From an uncultured Nitrospiraceae bacterium (GTDB lineage Bacteria > Nitrospirota > Nitrospiria > Nitrospirales > Nitrospiraceae), in NCBI GenBank assembly GCA_963846575.1, contig CAWJWJ010000002.1:928001-992000 (forward strand): DNA of 64,000 nucleotides, given 5' to 3'. The notes beneath the pieces were generated by a model. The model was not told where the DNA came from, did no database searches, and saw only the letters and a program-made list of their open reading frames with translations. Below are positions 8,707-18,797 of the stretch, piece by piece (within the stretch, counting starts at the first letter, position 1; each line of letters opens with the position of its first letter). The translations under genes were made by a program, and so were the position numbers.

Positions 8707-10107
8707 TTAGCCGCCACATCTCGAGATCGCAGCCTGCGCCAGGGAATGGCAATAGCCGCCTAACTCCAAGCTGCCGGTTACTACGACGAGTCCATGGGCG
8801 CCTGCTTCTAGGACAGCCCTCTCAAACGCGTCGCCAGGGTCGGTCACGACCTCTGCCGCGGCCCGCGTGTAGGAACGCCAGACACCGGCAAGATCCTGAG
8901 GGGCGACCGCGCGGTCGTGCGGATACTGGGTGAAGATGGCCTGGTCAGCTCCTGCGCCGGCCAGATGCCGGATGATCTTTTCAATCTCTTTCTCTCGCAA
9001 CAGTGAGACGACCAGGATCGTTCGGCGGCCTTCGCGGATGTTTCGAATGGTTGAAGAGAGACTGGCGGCAGCCGGAGCATTGTGCGCTCCGTCGATCACG
9101 ATCGCCGGTTGTCCGGTGAGCACTTCGCAGCAGGCCGGCAAGCGAATCTGCTCGAATGTGCGGCGAAGGGCCGGTCCATCCAATGGGGAGACCAAACCGC
9201 GGCGCCGGAGGACATCGTAGGCTGCGAGCGCATGCGCGGCATTGGTCGCTGTGAACTCGGCCGGGGAGGCCAATCTGATTCCTTCCCAAGTCGAATCCCC
9301 GACCCGAAGCGAGCAGAATCCGCCAGAGCCGGTGCGCATGATGTCCTTCGCCTCGTAGTCGCGACCGAACAACAAGACCGGGGCCTTCAACTGTTCGGCT
9401 CGAGACAGAACCACCGACCGCGGGCCGTCCTCCATGGGCCCGCACACGACCGGCGTGAGCGGCTTGACGATGCCGGATTTCTCCGCTGCGATCTGTTCAA
9501 GGGTGTCACCCAAGACATCCATATGATCGTAGTCTACGTTCGTGATGACCGAGACCTCCGGCGCGAGGATATTGGTTGCGTCTTGCCGCCCGCCGATGCC
9601 GACTTCGATGACGGCATAGTCTACCTTGGCGGCACGGAATGCGAGGAACGCGGCGGCGGTGAGGAATTCGAAAGGACTCATCTCGACGACGCCCCAGTCC
9701 ATTAGCGATTTGAGATGATTACAGGCGTCCACCAACTCCTGTTCGCTGATCGGTTGGCCGTCGATGGAGATACGCTCTCGAAAATGCCCGAGATGGGGAC
9801 TGGTGAAGCGACCGACCTTCAGGCCGCTGGCCTGGATGAGGGCCGCAGTCATCCGACTGACGCTGGTTTTCCCGTTCGTGCCTGTCACGTGCACGGACCG
9901 ATAGGCTCGGTCGGGACGTCCCAGTTCCTGCAAACAGCGGGCATTGGCTCCGAAGCTCACGGTGCCATCCGAGGGCCGGCCGCGCAGGATACAGGCTGTT
10001 TCAAGCTGGCGCAGAAAGTCCGTGACCTCCTCATACGAGGAAAAGGGCACGGTCCAGTACGGGAGCATCTTCTTCGACTCCGTGTCGTGCATAGATACCT
10101 CGTTCAT
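8707..10107 (-). CDS. folC: Folylpolyglutamate/dihydrofolate synthase family protein
   Basis: HVTGTNGKTS, FTSPHL, EVGIGGRQDATN, DHMDVLG, EKSGI, DGAHN motifs. Confidence 0.92.
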   Translation of the reverse strand: MNEVSMHDTESKKMLPYWTVPFSSYEEVTDFLRQLETACILRGRPSDGTVSFGANARCLQELGRPDRAYRSVHVTGTNGKTSVSRMTAALIQASGLKVGRFTSPHLGHFRERISIDGQPISEQELVDACNHLKSLMDWGVVEMSPFEFLTAAAFLAFRAAKVDYAVIEVGIGGRQDATNILAPEVSVITNVDYDHMDVLGDTLEQIAAEKSGIVKPLTPVVCGPMEDGPRSVVLSRAEQLKAPVLLFGRDYEAKDIMRTGSGGFCSLRVGDSTWEGIRLASPAEFTATNAAHALAAYDVLRRRGLVSPLDGPALRRTFEQIRLPACCEVLTGQPAIVIDGAHNAPAAASLSSTIRNIREGRRTILVVSLLREKEIEKIIRHLAGAGADQAIFTQYPHDRAVAPQDLAGVWRSYTRAAAEVVTDPGDAFERAVLEAGAHGLVVVTGSLELGGYCHSLAQAAISRCGG

Positions 10108-10122
10108 GTGCGCCGCAGCCTG

Positions 10123-13100
10123 TCAGGCCCGCTCGGCGGGAACAGCCTCGGTGGTGACGGCAATCCATCCGTCTGCGCCGTTGTAGCGATAATGGCGCCG
10201 TTCTACCGGCTCAAAGGCGATCAGATGAAGCCAGCGATTGTTGAACAGCTTCTCCAGTAACGGTTGGCGATTGATGATGGCTGAAATCCGGTCCCGCGGG
10301 GCTTCGACAATCGTCGCGAGGCGCATGGGTTCGTGATACGGACGCGTGCCGTTCATGACAGTCTGGACGGGCAGTCCCATCCGGAGATCACTCCGCCCTC
10401 CTGCCATCACCCCGATACGGCCCGTGACATTGTGATACACCTTGCTTCCGCTGCCATAGATCTCGGGGGCCACGGTCGAAAAATAGTATTCCAGGTTGAT
10501 CCATTGAGCCACGATCAGCGGCGCCGTCATAATGATCTCAAGGAGCTTCCCGTCGGTGTCCGGCCGATGGTCGTAGGAGTGCAGGAAGGACCGCCCCGCA
10601 AGATCGCTTCCCTGGGTCAACCGCCTGCTCCCGATGATGAAGAAGCTGTTCTTTGCCAACCCCCATTCAGGACGCACTTGCGCCCAATCCATGCTGCGGA
10701 GCTGCACGTCGCGTCTCGTGGGCATGGCCTGCAGCGCCCGGCCGCGCTCCGCAGAGGCCATGACCCCGGTTTCGTTGACGTCCTCCAGCACCTGAGTCAG
10801 TTCCTTGCGATGCGTCGGCGGCACATCTTCCAGGTCCGCGATCGTGACGTGATCCGTCGTCGTGTCGTGAAACGCCGCGAGAAAATGAGTGTCGGGCGGG
10901 ATGGCGAGTCCACGCTTCGCCAACAGTTCACGCACCTGTGGCCGATTGGCGATCATGGCGAACGCGCGCGCGTTCGGAAGCCCATGACTTCCTCCGCAGG
11001 CACCGCAATCCAACGCGGATTCGTAGGGGTTGTTTTGAGAGGTGCTGCCGTGACCGCACAGGATGACGAGACGGGACCATGTTTCGGTCAAGCCCATGAG
11101 CCGGAGCGACGTCTCCACGTAGTAAGCCTGCTCGTTCAGGGTGAAGCCCGTTTGCGTGATCCGATCGAGCTGTGCTGCCATATCACGCGGAGTGATGCCA
11201 CAGTCGCGGCGGAGTTCCTCGATCACACTCGTTTCATGATGCTTCGAAATGACCAGGAGGTGCCCGAGATCGCTCGGCACCATTTTCAAATCATGGTCCG
11301 TTCCCAGCGCTTGAAGCCGGATGCCGTCGAGGGTGTCAGCCGTTAATGTGCTGCCTGAGATCTGAAATCTGGTTCGCAGCCACCGGACGATCCGCATCCG
11401 CTGCTCGACCGCAACCATTTCCTCCGCTTCGCTTGTTGGGAGCTTGTCCACCGTCAACGTGGTCGCGACCGCCGGCATGAAGACCTGTTTCAAACGGCCG
11501 GCCAGGCGGTGATACCAGCGAGGACATAGTGTCCTCCCCAACAACGGCACGGCGAAGAACCATCCGATCGCTTCCACCATGACATAGGGCGTAATCACGT
11601 TATACTTAAGGTCGTGCAGAAGCTCATGTCCGGCCTTGGCCACCTGCGTACTGGTTTTTTGGCGCTGCGCGGCCTTGCTCTGATAGGTCCTCGGAACCTC
11701 CCGAATGATGTGCTTCGGCTTGAGGAGCACCGGGCACAGGTCCAAGGTCACGTCCGTGCCCAACGCGCGATAGGCAAGAGGCAGCCCGAAGAATCCGGCA
11801 AAACCAAAGGTCTCATAGCCCCCGCGCTGCTCGAGGTGCCGTCGAAAGACTTCCGACCGTACATCGATACAAAAAGCGAACTGGGCGAGGGGGCGCACAG
11901 GGCCCCGTTCTTGGCTCTTCAAGCCGACATCGTGACCGTGCACTTCCAGTTCTCGAAGGATGGTGTGCTGGTGTGCGAGCTCATAAGCCTCCAGCCACGT
12001 GGGGCCGTGCCGCCGTTCCGGAAACGCGCGAAGCCAGCGCAGCAGCGTCGTGAGATCGCTCGACGCCGTCGAGTGGATCCGCTCTTTCGGAACATCGAGG
12101 GCCTGAGCCAGACGGAATAACATGCGCGCCTGGTCGGTGGCGGCCTCCTTCCGGCGGAACATCCGGTGTTCATCGTACCATCGCCGGCCGAGATCTTCCC
12201 ACGCCTGGGAATTCGACGCGCGCCACCATCGCTGGAGACGCGCGGCTTCCGACGCCGCTTTCCTCGGGAGATCGCCCTGCACGAGCCGCCGGCGGAACCA
12301 CACCGCATGGGGAAACTGTCTCGCGTACGTCTGAGCCGTATCGACATCCCCCGAGCCGTGTAAGAGTTTCCGACAGGAGACTGCCACCAGTTCCCTCTCA
12401 TAAAACAGACGGACGGCGAGATACTTCACGAGGTCGATACGATAGGCCTCTTGCCAGGGATAGGATGTTTGCTCGGCGCGCCACTTGATAAAGCCTGCCC
12501 ACCCGGGGAGCGCCGCCACATGGCGTGACAGATATTCTCCCCACGCCGATCTGGGGATCTTTAAACGATCGAGCGATTCCAGGAGGACGTCTTCAGGACG
12601 GTCGGATAAGAGTCTAATCTTTTCGAATGCCCGTTTGATGCCGAGCAGGGACAGCCCCAGGTCATACTGCGCAGCGGCCTTCCAGGCACGGAAAAATGTA
12701 TTCTCGCGGCCGGGCATTGGCCAGGTGGCTTCCCCCTCGTCGCAAAAAGCGGCGCACCATTTGATTAATTGGCTGTCGATCCGGTCCTCCAGGTCGGTTC
12801 CGAACGTGCGATCGCACCAGGCCGCCATCGTTGTCCGGTTGGGCAACTCATCCGGTTCACCTAAGCGCAGGCTCTCATGCTCCTCCCAGGTCTCGGAGTC
12901 CGGAATCGACGCAAGCCGCTGCGTCAGTTGTGTGAACGAGTCCGTGTTCTCGTCCGGCGATTCGGCTGCAGCTGAGGCGGATCGGCCCGGGGACGTTGGC
13001 TCCACTCCATGCACCATCACCGCACGGAGCACGTCCAGGTGGAACAGCCGGCGATCGCCGAAGCGGATGTGTGTTTCCGTGGCCAGCGGGCGCAACGCTG

Positions 13101-13380
13101 CATCCACATGTCCTGATTGGATGCGGCCGCATCGAAACGCGTCGCGATACGCGGCACAGGAGAGGTACCCTCGCCCCCCGAAGAGCTGTTCCCCCCGCCG
13201 CACGGCCTCGTCGAAGTGGAGCTGTTCAAACCCCTGCAGCGGATTTCTCGAGATGAAGGTCCGCATCGGCCAGAGGGGCGCCACTACCTCGCCCGCGAGG
13301 TTGACATAGGAGCGCAACTCCATCCGCTGCACGTCGGTGTAGGATGTCGGCCTGCCGGTCGTTTGTGCCATGCTGCTCAC
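10123..13380 (-). CDS. dabA: DAB inorganic carbon transporter, soluble subunit (DUF2309)
   Basis: PLWPMRTFISRNPLQG, LPGWAG, zinc-ligand motifs FCIDVRSE, GHGS, DCGACGG, GSGSK. Alternative start at 13371. Confidence 0.95.
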   Translation of the reverse strand: MSSMAQTTGRPTSYTDVQRMELRSYVNLAGEVVAPLWPMRTFISRNPLQGFEQLHFDEAVRRGEQLFGGRGYLSCAAYRDAFRCGRIQSGHVDAALRPLATETHIRFGDRRLFHLDVLRAVMVHGVEPTSPGRSASAAAESPDENTDSFTQLTQRLASIPDSETWEEHESLRLGEPDELPNRTTMAAWCDRTFGTDLEDRIDSQLIKWCAAFCDEGEATWPMPGRENTFFRAWKAAAQYDLGLSLLGIKRAFEKIRLLSDRPEDVLLESLDRLKIPRSAWGEYLSRHVAALPGWAGFIKWRAEQTSYPWQEAYRIDLVKYLAVRLFYERELVAVSCRKLLHGSGDVDTAQTYARQFPHAVWFRRRLVQGDLPRKAASEAARLQRWWRASNSQAWEDLGRRWYDEHRMFRRKEAATDQARMLFRLAQALDVPKERIHSTASSDLTTLLRWLRAFPERRHGPTWLEAYELAHQHTILRELEVHGHDVGLKSQERGPVRPLAQFAFCIDVRSEVFRRHLEQRGGYETFGFAGFFGLPLAYRALGTDVTLDLCPVLLKPKHIIREVPRTYQSKAAQRQKTSTQVAKAGHELLHDLKYNVITPYVMVEAIGWFFAVPLLGRTLCPRWYHRLAGRLKQVFMPAVATTLTVDKLPTSEAEEMVAVEQRMRIVRWLRTRFQISGSTLTADTLDGIRLQALGTDHDLKMVPSDLGHLLVISKHHETSVIEELRRDCGITPRDMAAQLDRITQTGFTLNEQAYYVETSLRLMGLTETWSRLVILCGHGSTSQNNPYESALDCGACGGSHGLPNARAFAMIANRPQVRELLAKRGLAIPPDTHFLAAFHDTTTDHVTIADLEDVPPTHRKELTQVLEDVNETGVMASAERGRALQAMPTRRDVQLRSMDWAQVRPEWGLAKNSFFIIGSRRLTQGSDLAGRSFLHSYDHRPDTDGKLLEIIMTAPLIVAQWINLEYYFSTVAPEIYGSGSKVYHNVTGRIGVMAGGRSDLRMGLPVQTVMNGTRPYHEPMRLATIVEAPRDRISAIINRQPLLEKLFNNRWLHLIAFEPVERRHYRYNGADGWIAVTTEAVPAERA

Positions 13381-13411
13381 CTCTCCCTTCTGTCCCGCTT
13401 ACACCCAGCAA

Positions 13412-13427
13412 AGCAAGAAGAGGGCCG
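13412..13427 (-). promoter_or_regulatory. Putative sigma54 (-24/-12) promoter of dabA
   Basis: Minus strand CGGCCCTCTTCTTGCT = GG-N10-GC with TTGCT, about 30-40 nt before the start codon. Confidence 0.65.
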
Positions 13428-13667
13428 CGACACGGGTTCCCTTGGCCGCGGGGACGTAACTACTTCGTGTGCAAAGAGAAACCGACTCCTGGCGTCATCG
13501 GGTGACCAACGAGAACCGCACCACTCACCGAGGAAGGCGTGCGTCAGCACACGCGCGTGCATGCCTGCACGTAGCCGCCAACATCACGTGCGGTTGGGCA
13601 TAGCGGGGCCGCGGATTGGAAGCCTCGGGGACGTTGGAGCGGAGCGTTCCGCCTGCATGGTCGGCGG

Positions 13668-14465
13668 TTACATGTGACCGAGTTTACGGAGTGTTTCCAT
13701 TCCACGGCCTTCGTCCTGCGCGCGACCTGCGCGTTCGGCGGTCTTGGTGCTCCGCAACTCGAAGACGACCTGCGGAATCGTCTTCGCGCAGGAGTTCACG
13801 GTGCCCGTGCAGGGCATGCAGCCGAGGCTGCGGTAGCGAGTGCCGGCCCCTTGGTCGAAATATAGTTCCGGAAGGGGAACCCGTTCCTGTTCGAGGTATT
13901 CCCAGATATTCAGCTCGGTCCAATCGAGCAGTGGATGCACGCGTACGTGAGAACCGGCAGGAAATGTCGTTTTGTATTGATCCCATAGTTCGGGCGGCTG
14001 ATCGCGGTAATCCCATTCCCCATGTTCGTCCCGGAGAGAGAAGTAGCGTTCTTTGGCTCGCGTGCCTTCCTCGTCCGCGCGGATGCCGAGAATGACGGCC
14101 GTCCACCCATGTTCGGCGATCGTGTGCTTGAGGGCCTCGATTTTCATGGCCGTGCAGCAGGTGACGCGCCCCTGCTCAGGGCCCATACCGCCCGCGAGGG
14201 CCTTCTTGTTCTGACCGACGACCAGATTGAGCCCCCACTCGCGGCAGAGCCGGTCCCGATAGTCGATTAACTCGGGCATCTCGTAGCCCGTGTCGATATG
14301 CACGAGAGGAAACGGTACATGACCGAAGAAAGCCTTTCGAGCCAGCCATAATAGCACCGTCGAGTCCTTGCCCATCGACCAGAGCATGGCGAGGTCATCG
14401 AAGTGTTTGTAGGCTTCGCGAAGAATGTAGACGCTCTGATCTTCCAGGGCTCTCAGGTGCTGCAT
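13668..14465 (-). CDS. cysD: Sulfate adenylyltransferase subunit 2
   Basis: [15 protein letters not shown]-loop [38 protein letters not shown]. Confidence 0.92.
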   Translation of the reverse strand: MQHLRALEDQSVYILREAYKHFDDLAMLWSMGKDSTVLLWLARKAFFGHVPFPLVHIDTGYEMPELIDYRDRLCREWGLNLVVGQNKKALAGGMGPEQGRVTCCTAMKIEALKHTIAEHGWTAVILGIRADEEGTRAKERYFSLRDEHGEWDYRDQPPELWDQYKTTFPAGSHVRVHPLLDWTELNIWEYLEQERVPLPELYFDQGAGTRYRSLGCMPCTGTVNSCAKTIPQVVFELRSTKTAERAGRAQDEGRGMETLRKLGHM

Positions 14466-14791
14466 GAGTATGCTCCTCTTCAATAGGCTGCCGGCTCGGA
14501 GAACGTGCGATTCGACTCGAGGCCGAGCAATGGAGTCCTTCTGTCTGATGGTGCCGTGGTCTGCCTCACTGTGACCAGTCCGATCGATCCCTCCAGCGCG
14601 ATCCACAGCCTCCCGTTTCGTCGTGCGCGATGGGGGGCGTCCTAGCGTAGGCGAGGTTGACGATCGGAAGCTCCCTCAGCTCTCGTAGCGCCTCAGCGTG
14701 ACTCACACCCGGGGCACGGCCACGAGCGAGGAGACCTTGAGGAGCGGAGGGCATTCAGGAGGTCCTGTTGCATCGGGAGGTGGAGCAATGG

Positions 14792-16198
14792 TCAGCCCGT
14801 TGGTCTTCGCCGCCGGTCCAGCATCCAGCGCGTGATGCCGAGATGTTTGGCAGCCAGGGTCTTGTTGCCGTCCGACCGACGCAGCACCTCGGTAATGATC
14901 TGGTCTTCGAGGTCGTTCAGCGATTGTTCGCCAACTCGGAAAGAGAGGTGAACGGCGGTGGGATCGGACGCATCTGGCTCAGGACTCGGATGTTCTAGTG
15001 ACGTTGTGAGCGAGGTCTGGTTCGCGCCATGAAGATCGGAAGGGAAGTTGCCGGCTTCGAGGGTGGGGCCATGGCAGAACAGGACGGCCCGTTCCATAAG
15101 ATTGCTCAATTCACGGATGTTCCCGGGGAAGCGGTATTGGCGCAAGAGGGTCTGCGCGCTCCCGCCCAACACACGACCCGGCTTCTTGAGGGCGATGGCG
15201 GAACGGGCCAGGAATTGCTCGGCCAGCGGAATGATGTCCTCGGCACGTTCGCGAAGGGGCGGGACGACCAATGTGACCACATTGAGTCTGAAATAGAGAT
15301 CCTCTCGAAACTCGCCCTTCGAGACGGCTTCTTTGAGATTGCGATTGGTCGCGGCCATGAACCTGACGTCGACCGGGATGGTGGTTGCCCCTCCGACACG
15401 TCTCAGTGTTCGTTCTTCCAACACCCGGAGGAGCTTGGCTTGCAGAGGGAGCGGCAAATCCCCGATTTCATCGAAGAGAACCGTCCCTCCTTCGGCCAGT
15501 TCGATCAGACCGCATTTCCTGCCGATCGCCCCGGTGAAAGATCCCTTTTCATGTCCGAACAATTCAGACTCGAAGAGCTCACGCGGAATCGAGGGGCAGT
15601 CCACTTCTGTGCAAAGCTTGTCGGCCCGGGGTCCGTTAAAGTGGATCACACGGCTCATGTATTGCTTGCCGGTGCCGGTTTCGCCTTGCAAGAGGATTGT
15701 CACCCGGTCGTTCTTCGCCAGTTCGCGGATCTGTTGCAGGAACACCTGTGTGACGGGACTGTTCGCGATGATGCGATCGATCGCATAGCGTTTCGCATCC
15801 TGCCCGCTGTGCAGTTGGACCTGCCGGCGCAGCGTGAGCAGATCCGTCGCGCGGCGCAGCGTGTGATGGAGGTCGTCCATGTCGATGGATTTGGCGACGA
15901 AATCGAAAGCCCCGAGCCGCATCGCTTCCACCGCGTCCTTCACCGTCCCTCTGGCGGTCAGCACGATGACGAGAAGCTCCGGAAGGGTGTCTTTCACCCG
16001 GGCGAGAACCTCCAGACCCGAAAGGTTGGGCATGACGAGGTCCAGGATGAGAATGTCTGGTTCGAAGGAGCGAAGCAGCGCCAGGGCCTCTTCCCCCGAT
16101 CCGGCGGTTTGCACGGCATAGCCTTGCGCCGTGAGACGCAGGGAAAAGGCTTCCCGAACGGATGCCTCATCCTCTACGAGCAGAAGTTGCCAGCCCAT
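14792..16198 (-). CDS. Sigma54-dependent response regulator (REC-AAA+-Fis HTH)
   Basis: REC domain, GETGTGK, ESELFGHEKGSFTGA, FDEIGD, FPGNIREL, C-terminal HTH. Confidence 0.95.
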   Translation of the reverse strand: MGWQLLLVEDEASVREAFSLRLTAQGYAVQTAGSGEEALALLRSFEPDILILDLVMPNLSGLEVLARVKDTLPELLVIVLTARGTVKDAVEAMRLGAFDFVAKSIDMDDLHHTLRRATDLLTLRRQVQLHSGQDAKRYAIDRIIANSPVTQVFLQQIRELAKNDRVTILLQGETGTGKQYMSRVIHFNGPRADKLCTEVDCPSIPRELFESELFGHEKGSFTGAIGRKCGLIELAEGGTVLFDEIGDLPLPLQAKLLRVLEERTLRRVGGATTIPVDVRFMAATNRNLKEAVSKGEFREDLYFRLNVVTLVVPPLRERAEDIIPLAEQFLARSAIALKKPGRVLGGSAQTLLRQYRFPGNIRELSNLMERAVLFCHGPTLEAGNFPSDLHGANQTSLTTSLEHPSPEPDASDPTAVHLSFRVGEQSLNDLEDQIITEVLRRSDGNKTLAAKHLGITRWMLDRRRRPTG

Positions 16199-16199
16199 G

Positions 16200-18164
16200 C
16201 TAATCCTCGCGTTTCAGTGGAAGCCAGATGTCCACGACAGCCCCGCTCCCGGATGGACTGTGAACCAGTAACTGGCCGTTGTGCCGCTCGATAATGTCGC
16301 GGGTGATGGTCAACCCAAGCCCGACCCCCTTCGCTTTTCCATTCGTAAAGAACGGTTCATAAATGCGTTCCAGATCTTCGGCTGAAATGCCTTTTCCGGA
16401 GTCCGCAAAGGTGAGCAGCAGCCCCGCGCCTCTCCTGGTCTCCGGTCTCATGCTGATGGTCAATTCGCCCCCGTTCGGCATCGCATCGATCGCATTCATG
16501 GCAATGTTCAGGCAGACTTGGAGGATGTGGGCTCGCGAAGCCTCCATCGATGGAAGATCCGCGGCCGCGTGCTTTTTCACAGAGACGCGGTGCTTCACCA
16601 GGTTCGGACGCAGCAAGGCAAGTGCGTCATCGAGCAGTTCAAGAACGTGGCAGGGGGCTATCTCGAAGGGGCGCGGCCTCAACTGTCCGAGGTGGGATTC
16701 CAGGAGATCGTCGATCCGCGCCGCTTCGCGCGCGATCAGGCGGCAGCGGTCGCGCGCAGCCTGAGGAAGGGTGTCCTGGTCAGCTAAATGAGTGGCCAGA
16801 CTTCCGAGCCCGATGAGTGGATTCCTGACCTCGTGAAGGATGCCTCCGGCAAGTTGCCCGACGAGTTTCACCTGTTCGGTATGACGCAGGGCTTCCAGCA
16901 TTTGCTCGCGCTCGCTGAGATCGGTCAGGATCGCAAGAAAATACCGGATGGTCCCGTCCGGATCCTTGACCGGGCTCACGCTTTCCCATGCCAGGAACTC
17001 GGAGCCGTCCTTGCGGCGGTTGATGACACGGTCCACGAAGGCCGCTCCGGATCGGATCGCGCCCCACATGCGCTCGAAATATTCCGGCGGATGTTTTCCG
17101 GATCTCAACAATGCCGGCGTTCGACCGATGACCTCCGTGCTCGTCCAGCCCGACAACCGTTCCATCGCGGGATTCCATTCCAGAAGCGTCCCTTGGGTAT
17201 CGGTCAGCATCACGCCGTCCTGCACCAGCTCAAACATCCGGTGATAGAGCTGAAGCTGCGTTTCCTCCCGTCGCCATCGTTCGAGCACCGTGGCGACCGT
17301 GTTCGCGACTAAGCAGAGAAACTCCAATTCTTTCGGGGTGAAATCCCGCACGATCTTGCAGTGCGCTCCCATCACCCCGTACACCCGGTCCTGGACCATC
17401 ATCGGGACGCTCATGCCGGAGATGCCGCCATGTTCCGAGAGGAGCCTCGACGGCATAAAGCGCGTTTCGGTTCGCAAGTCCCGCACGACCACCGGCTGTC
17501 GTTCGCGGATCGCAAAACCCGCTTGAGAATGGGTACCGCCCTCCACCGTCAATGTTCCGATGAGACCGTCGAGCCAACCGGTGCCGGCGACGAGATAGAG
17601 ATGCTCGTCAGATTCACGAGGAATGAGAATTTTACAGAGTTCCACGTTCAGTGCCTGGGCCGTGAGTCGCGCGGCCTCGTTCATAATCTCTTGGACCGGG
17701 CTTCCGCTCACCGCCAGCGTTCCGATCTGCGCGAGCACCGATTGAAATCGGGCCACCTGGGAGGCTTCCCGTGACAGCAGGGCCCGCTCCGTGACATTTT
17801 CCAGCACGAGGAGCACACCCGTGGCGCTCCGGTAAGGAACGACGTTGAATCGGCATTCGTAAATGAGCGGATTGCCGGCTTGATCGGTCAGGCGATACTC
17901 CTTGGTCTCCCGGGCTCCGGGCGCGTCCTGACTCCAGGCCTTGACCGCCTCGATCAACCTCGCTCGCAATGAGGGTTCAGACCCTCTGAAGGGCGTGTCG
18001 ACCAATTCACCAAACTGCTTGTTTTCGAAGATCACGGTCTCGTGGGAAACAAAACAGAGGCCCCCCGGGATGCAGTCCCTGAGCCAGGCCAAGACTTCCG
18101 TGGCGGGCACTTCCGATCGCGCCTGGGCTGAAGGCTTGGGGTGTGATCGACGGGAGGAAGGCAT
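16200..18164 (-). CDS. Cytoplasmic PAS/GAF sensor histidine kinase
   Basis: GAF and PAS domains, H-box HEVRNPL, N/G1/F/G2 boxes; no transmembrane segment seen. Confidence 0.93.
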   Translation of the reverse strand: MPSSRRSHPKPSAQARSEVPATEVLAWLRDCIPGGLCFVSHETVIFENKQFGELVDTPFRGSEPSLRARLIEAVKAWSQDAPGARETKEYRLTDQAGNPLIYECRFNVVPYRSATGVLLVLENVTERALLSREASQVARFQSVLAQIGTLAVSGSPVQEIMNEAARLTAQALNVELCKILIPRESDEHLYLVAGTGWLDGLIGTLTVEGGTHSQAGFAIRERQPVVVRDLRTETRFMPSRLLSEHGGISGMSVPMMVQDRVYGVMGAHCKIVRDFTPKELEFLCLVANTVATVLERWRREETQLQLYHRMFELVQDGVMLTDTQGTLLEWNPAMERLSGWTSTEVIGRTPALLRSGKHPPEYFERMWGAIRSGAAFVDRVINRRKDGSEFLAWESVSPVKDPDGTIRYFLAILTDLSEREQMLEALRHTEQVKLVGQLAGGILHEVRNPLIGLGSLATHLADQDTLPQAARDRCRLIAREAARIDDLLESHLGQLRPRPFEIAPCHVLELLDDALALLRPNLVKHRVSVKKHAAADLPSMEASRAHILQVCLNIAMNAIDAMPNGGELTISMRPETRRGAGLLLTFADSGKGISAEDLERIYEPFFTNGKAKGVGLGLTITRDIIERHNGQLLVHSPSGSGAVVDIWLPLKRED

Positions 18165-18292
18165 GGCATCACTCCGTTCGTATCCCGCACATGATCAACG
18201 CAATGCTCGACCTTGCGTGGAGAGTATACCCAGTCCGGCTGCGGACCGTCGAGGGCGGCATCGCCCCGAGCAGCATAGGGGGGCGGTCTTCC

Positions 18293-18622
18293 TCACTTGG
18301 CGACGAAGTGCTCGCGGCGACTGACCGCGACGTCGGTGACGAACATCGCGCCGGAATGCTTGTTGAACAACGGCCCCAGGCCGGCCAGAATCGGTTCGAC
18401 CCGCTCTTCCGGCACCACCGTGAAGACAATCACCTGGCTGCTGATATCGTTGAACAACAAATGACCCTCATGGAAGCCGTGCTGGCCTTTGCCGGACACA
18501 TTGTTGATGATCGTGTAGCCGGTGGCGCCCACCCGATCCAGCAGATCAGTGACGAACTTCAGATGCTCGCCCTGAACCACCACCTTAATCTCTTTCATGG
18601 AATGCAGCGTTAAATTCATCAT
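18293..18622 (-). CDS. PII-like (SbtB-type) signalling protein
   Basis: GATGYTI...SGKG motif; 109 aa; next to dabB. Confidence 0.88.
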   Translation of the reverse strand: MMNLTLHSMKEIKVVVQGEHLKFVTDLLDRVGATGYTIINNVSGKGQHGFHEGHLLFNDISSQVIVFTVVPEERVEPILAGLGPLFNKHSGAMFVTDVAVSRREHFVAK

Positions 18623-18797
18623 GCAATTCTCCTCCTACGTTACGGCATCCAGGTAGGCTGTCGTGTTGTATAGAACGCTCCTGATGGATGAATGTTCGCA
18701 TCGGCCGATACCGGGGGAGCACCCCTCTTGCGACCTGTACAGAGGAGCGTACCTCCGTGGGCTGCATCCGTCGACATCTGTCGAGGCCCTGTCGTCA

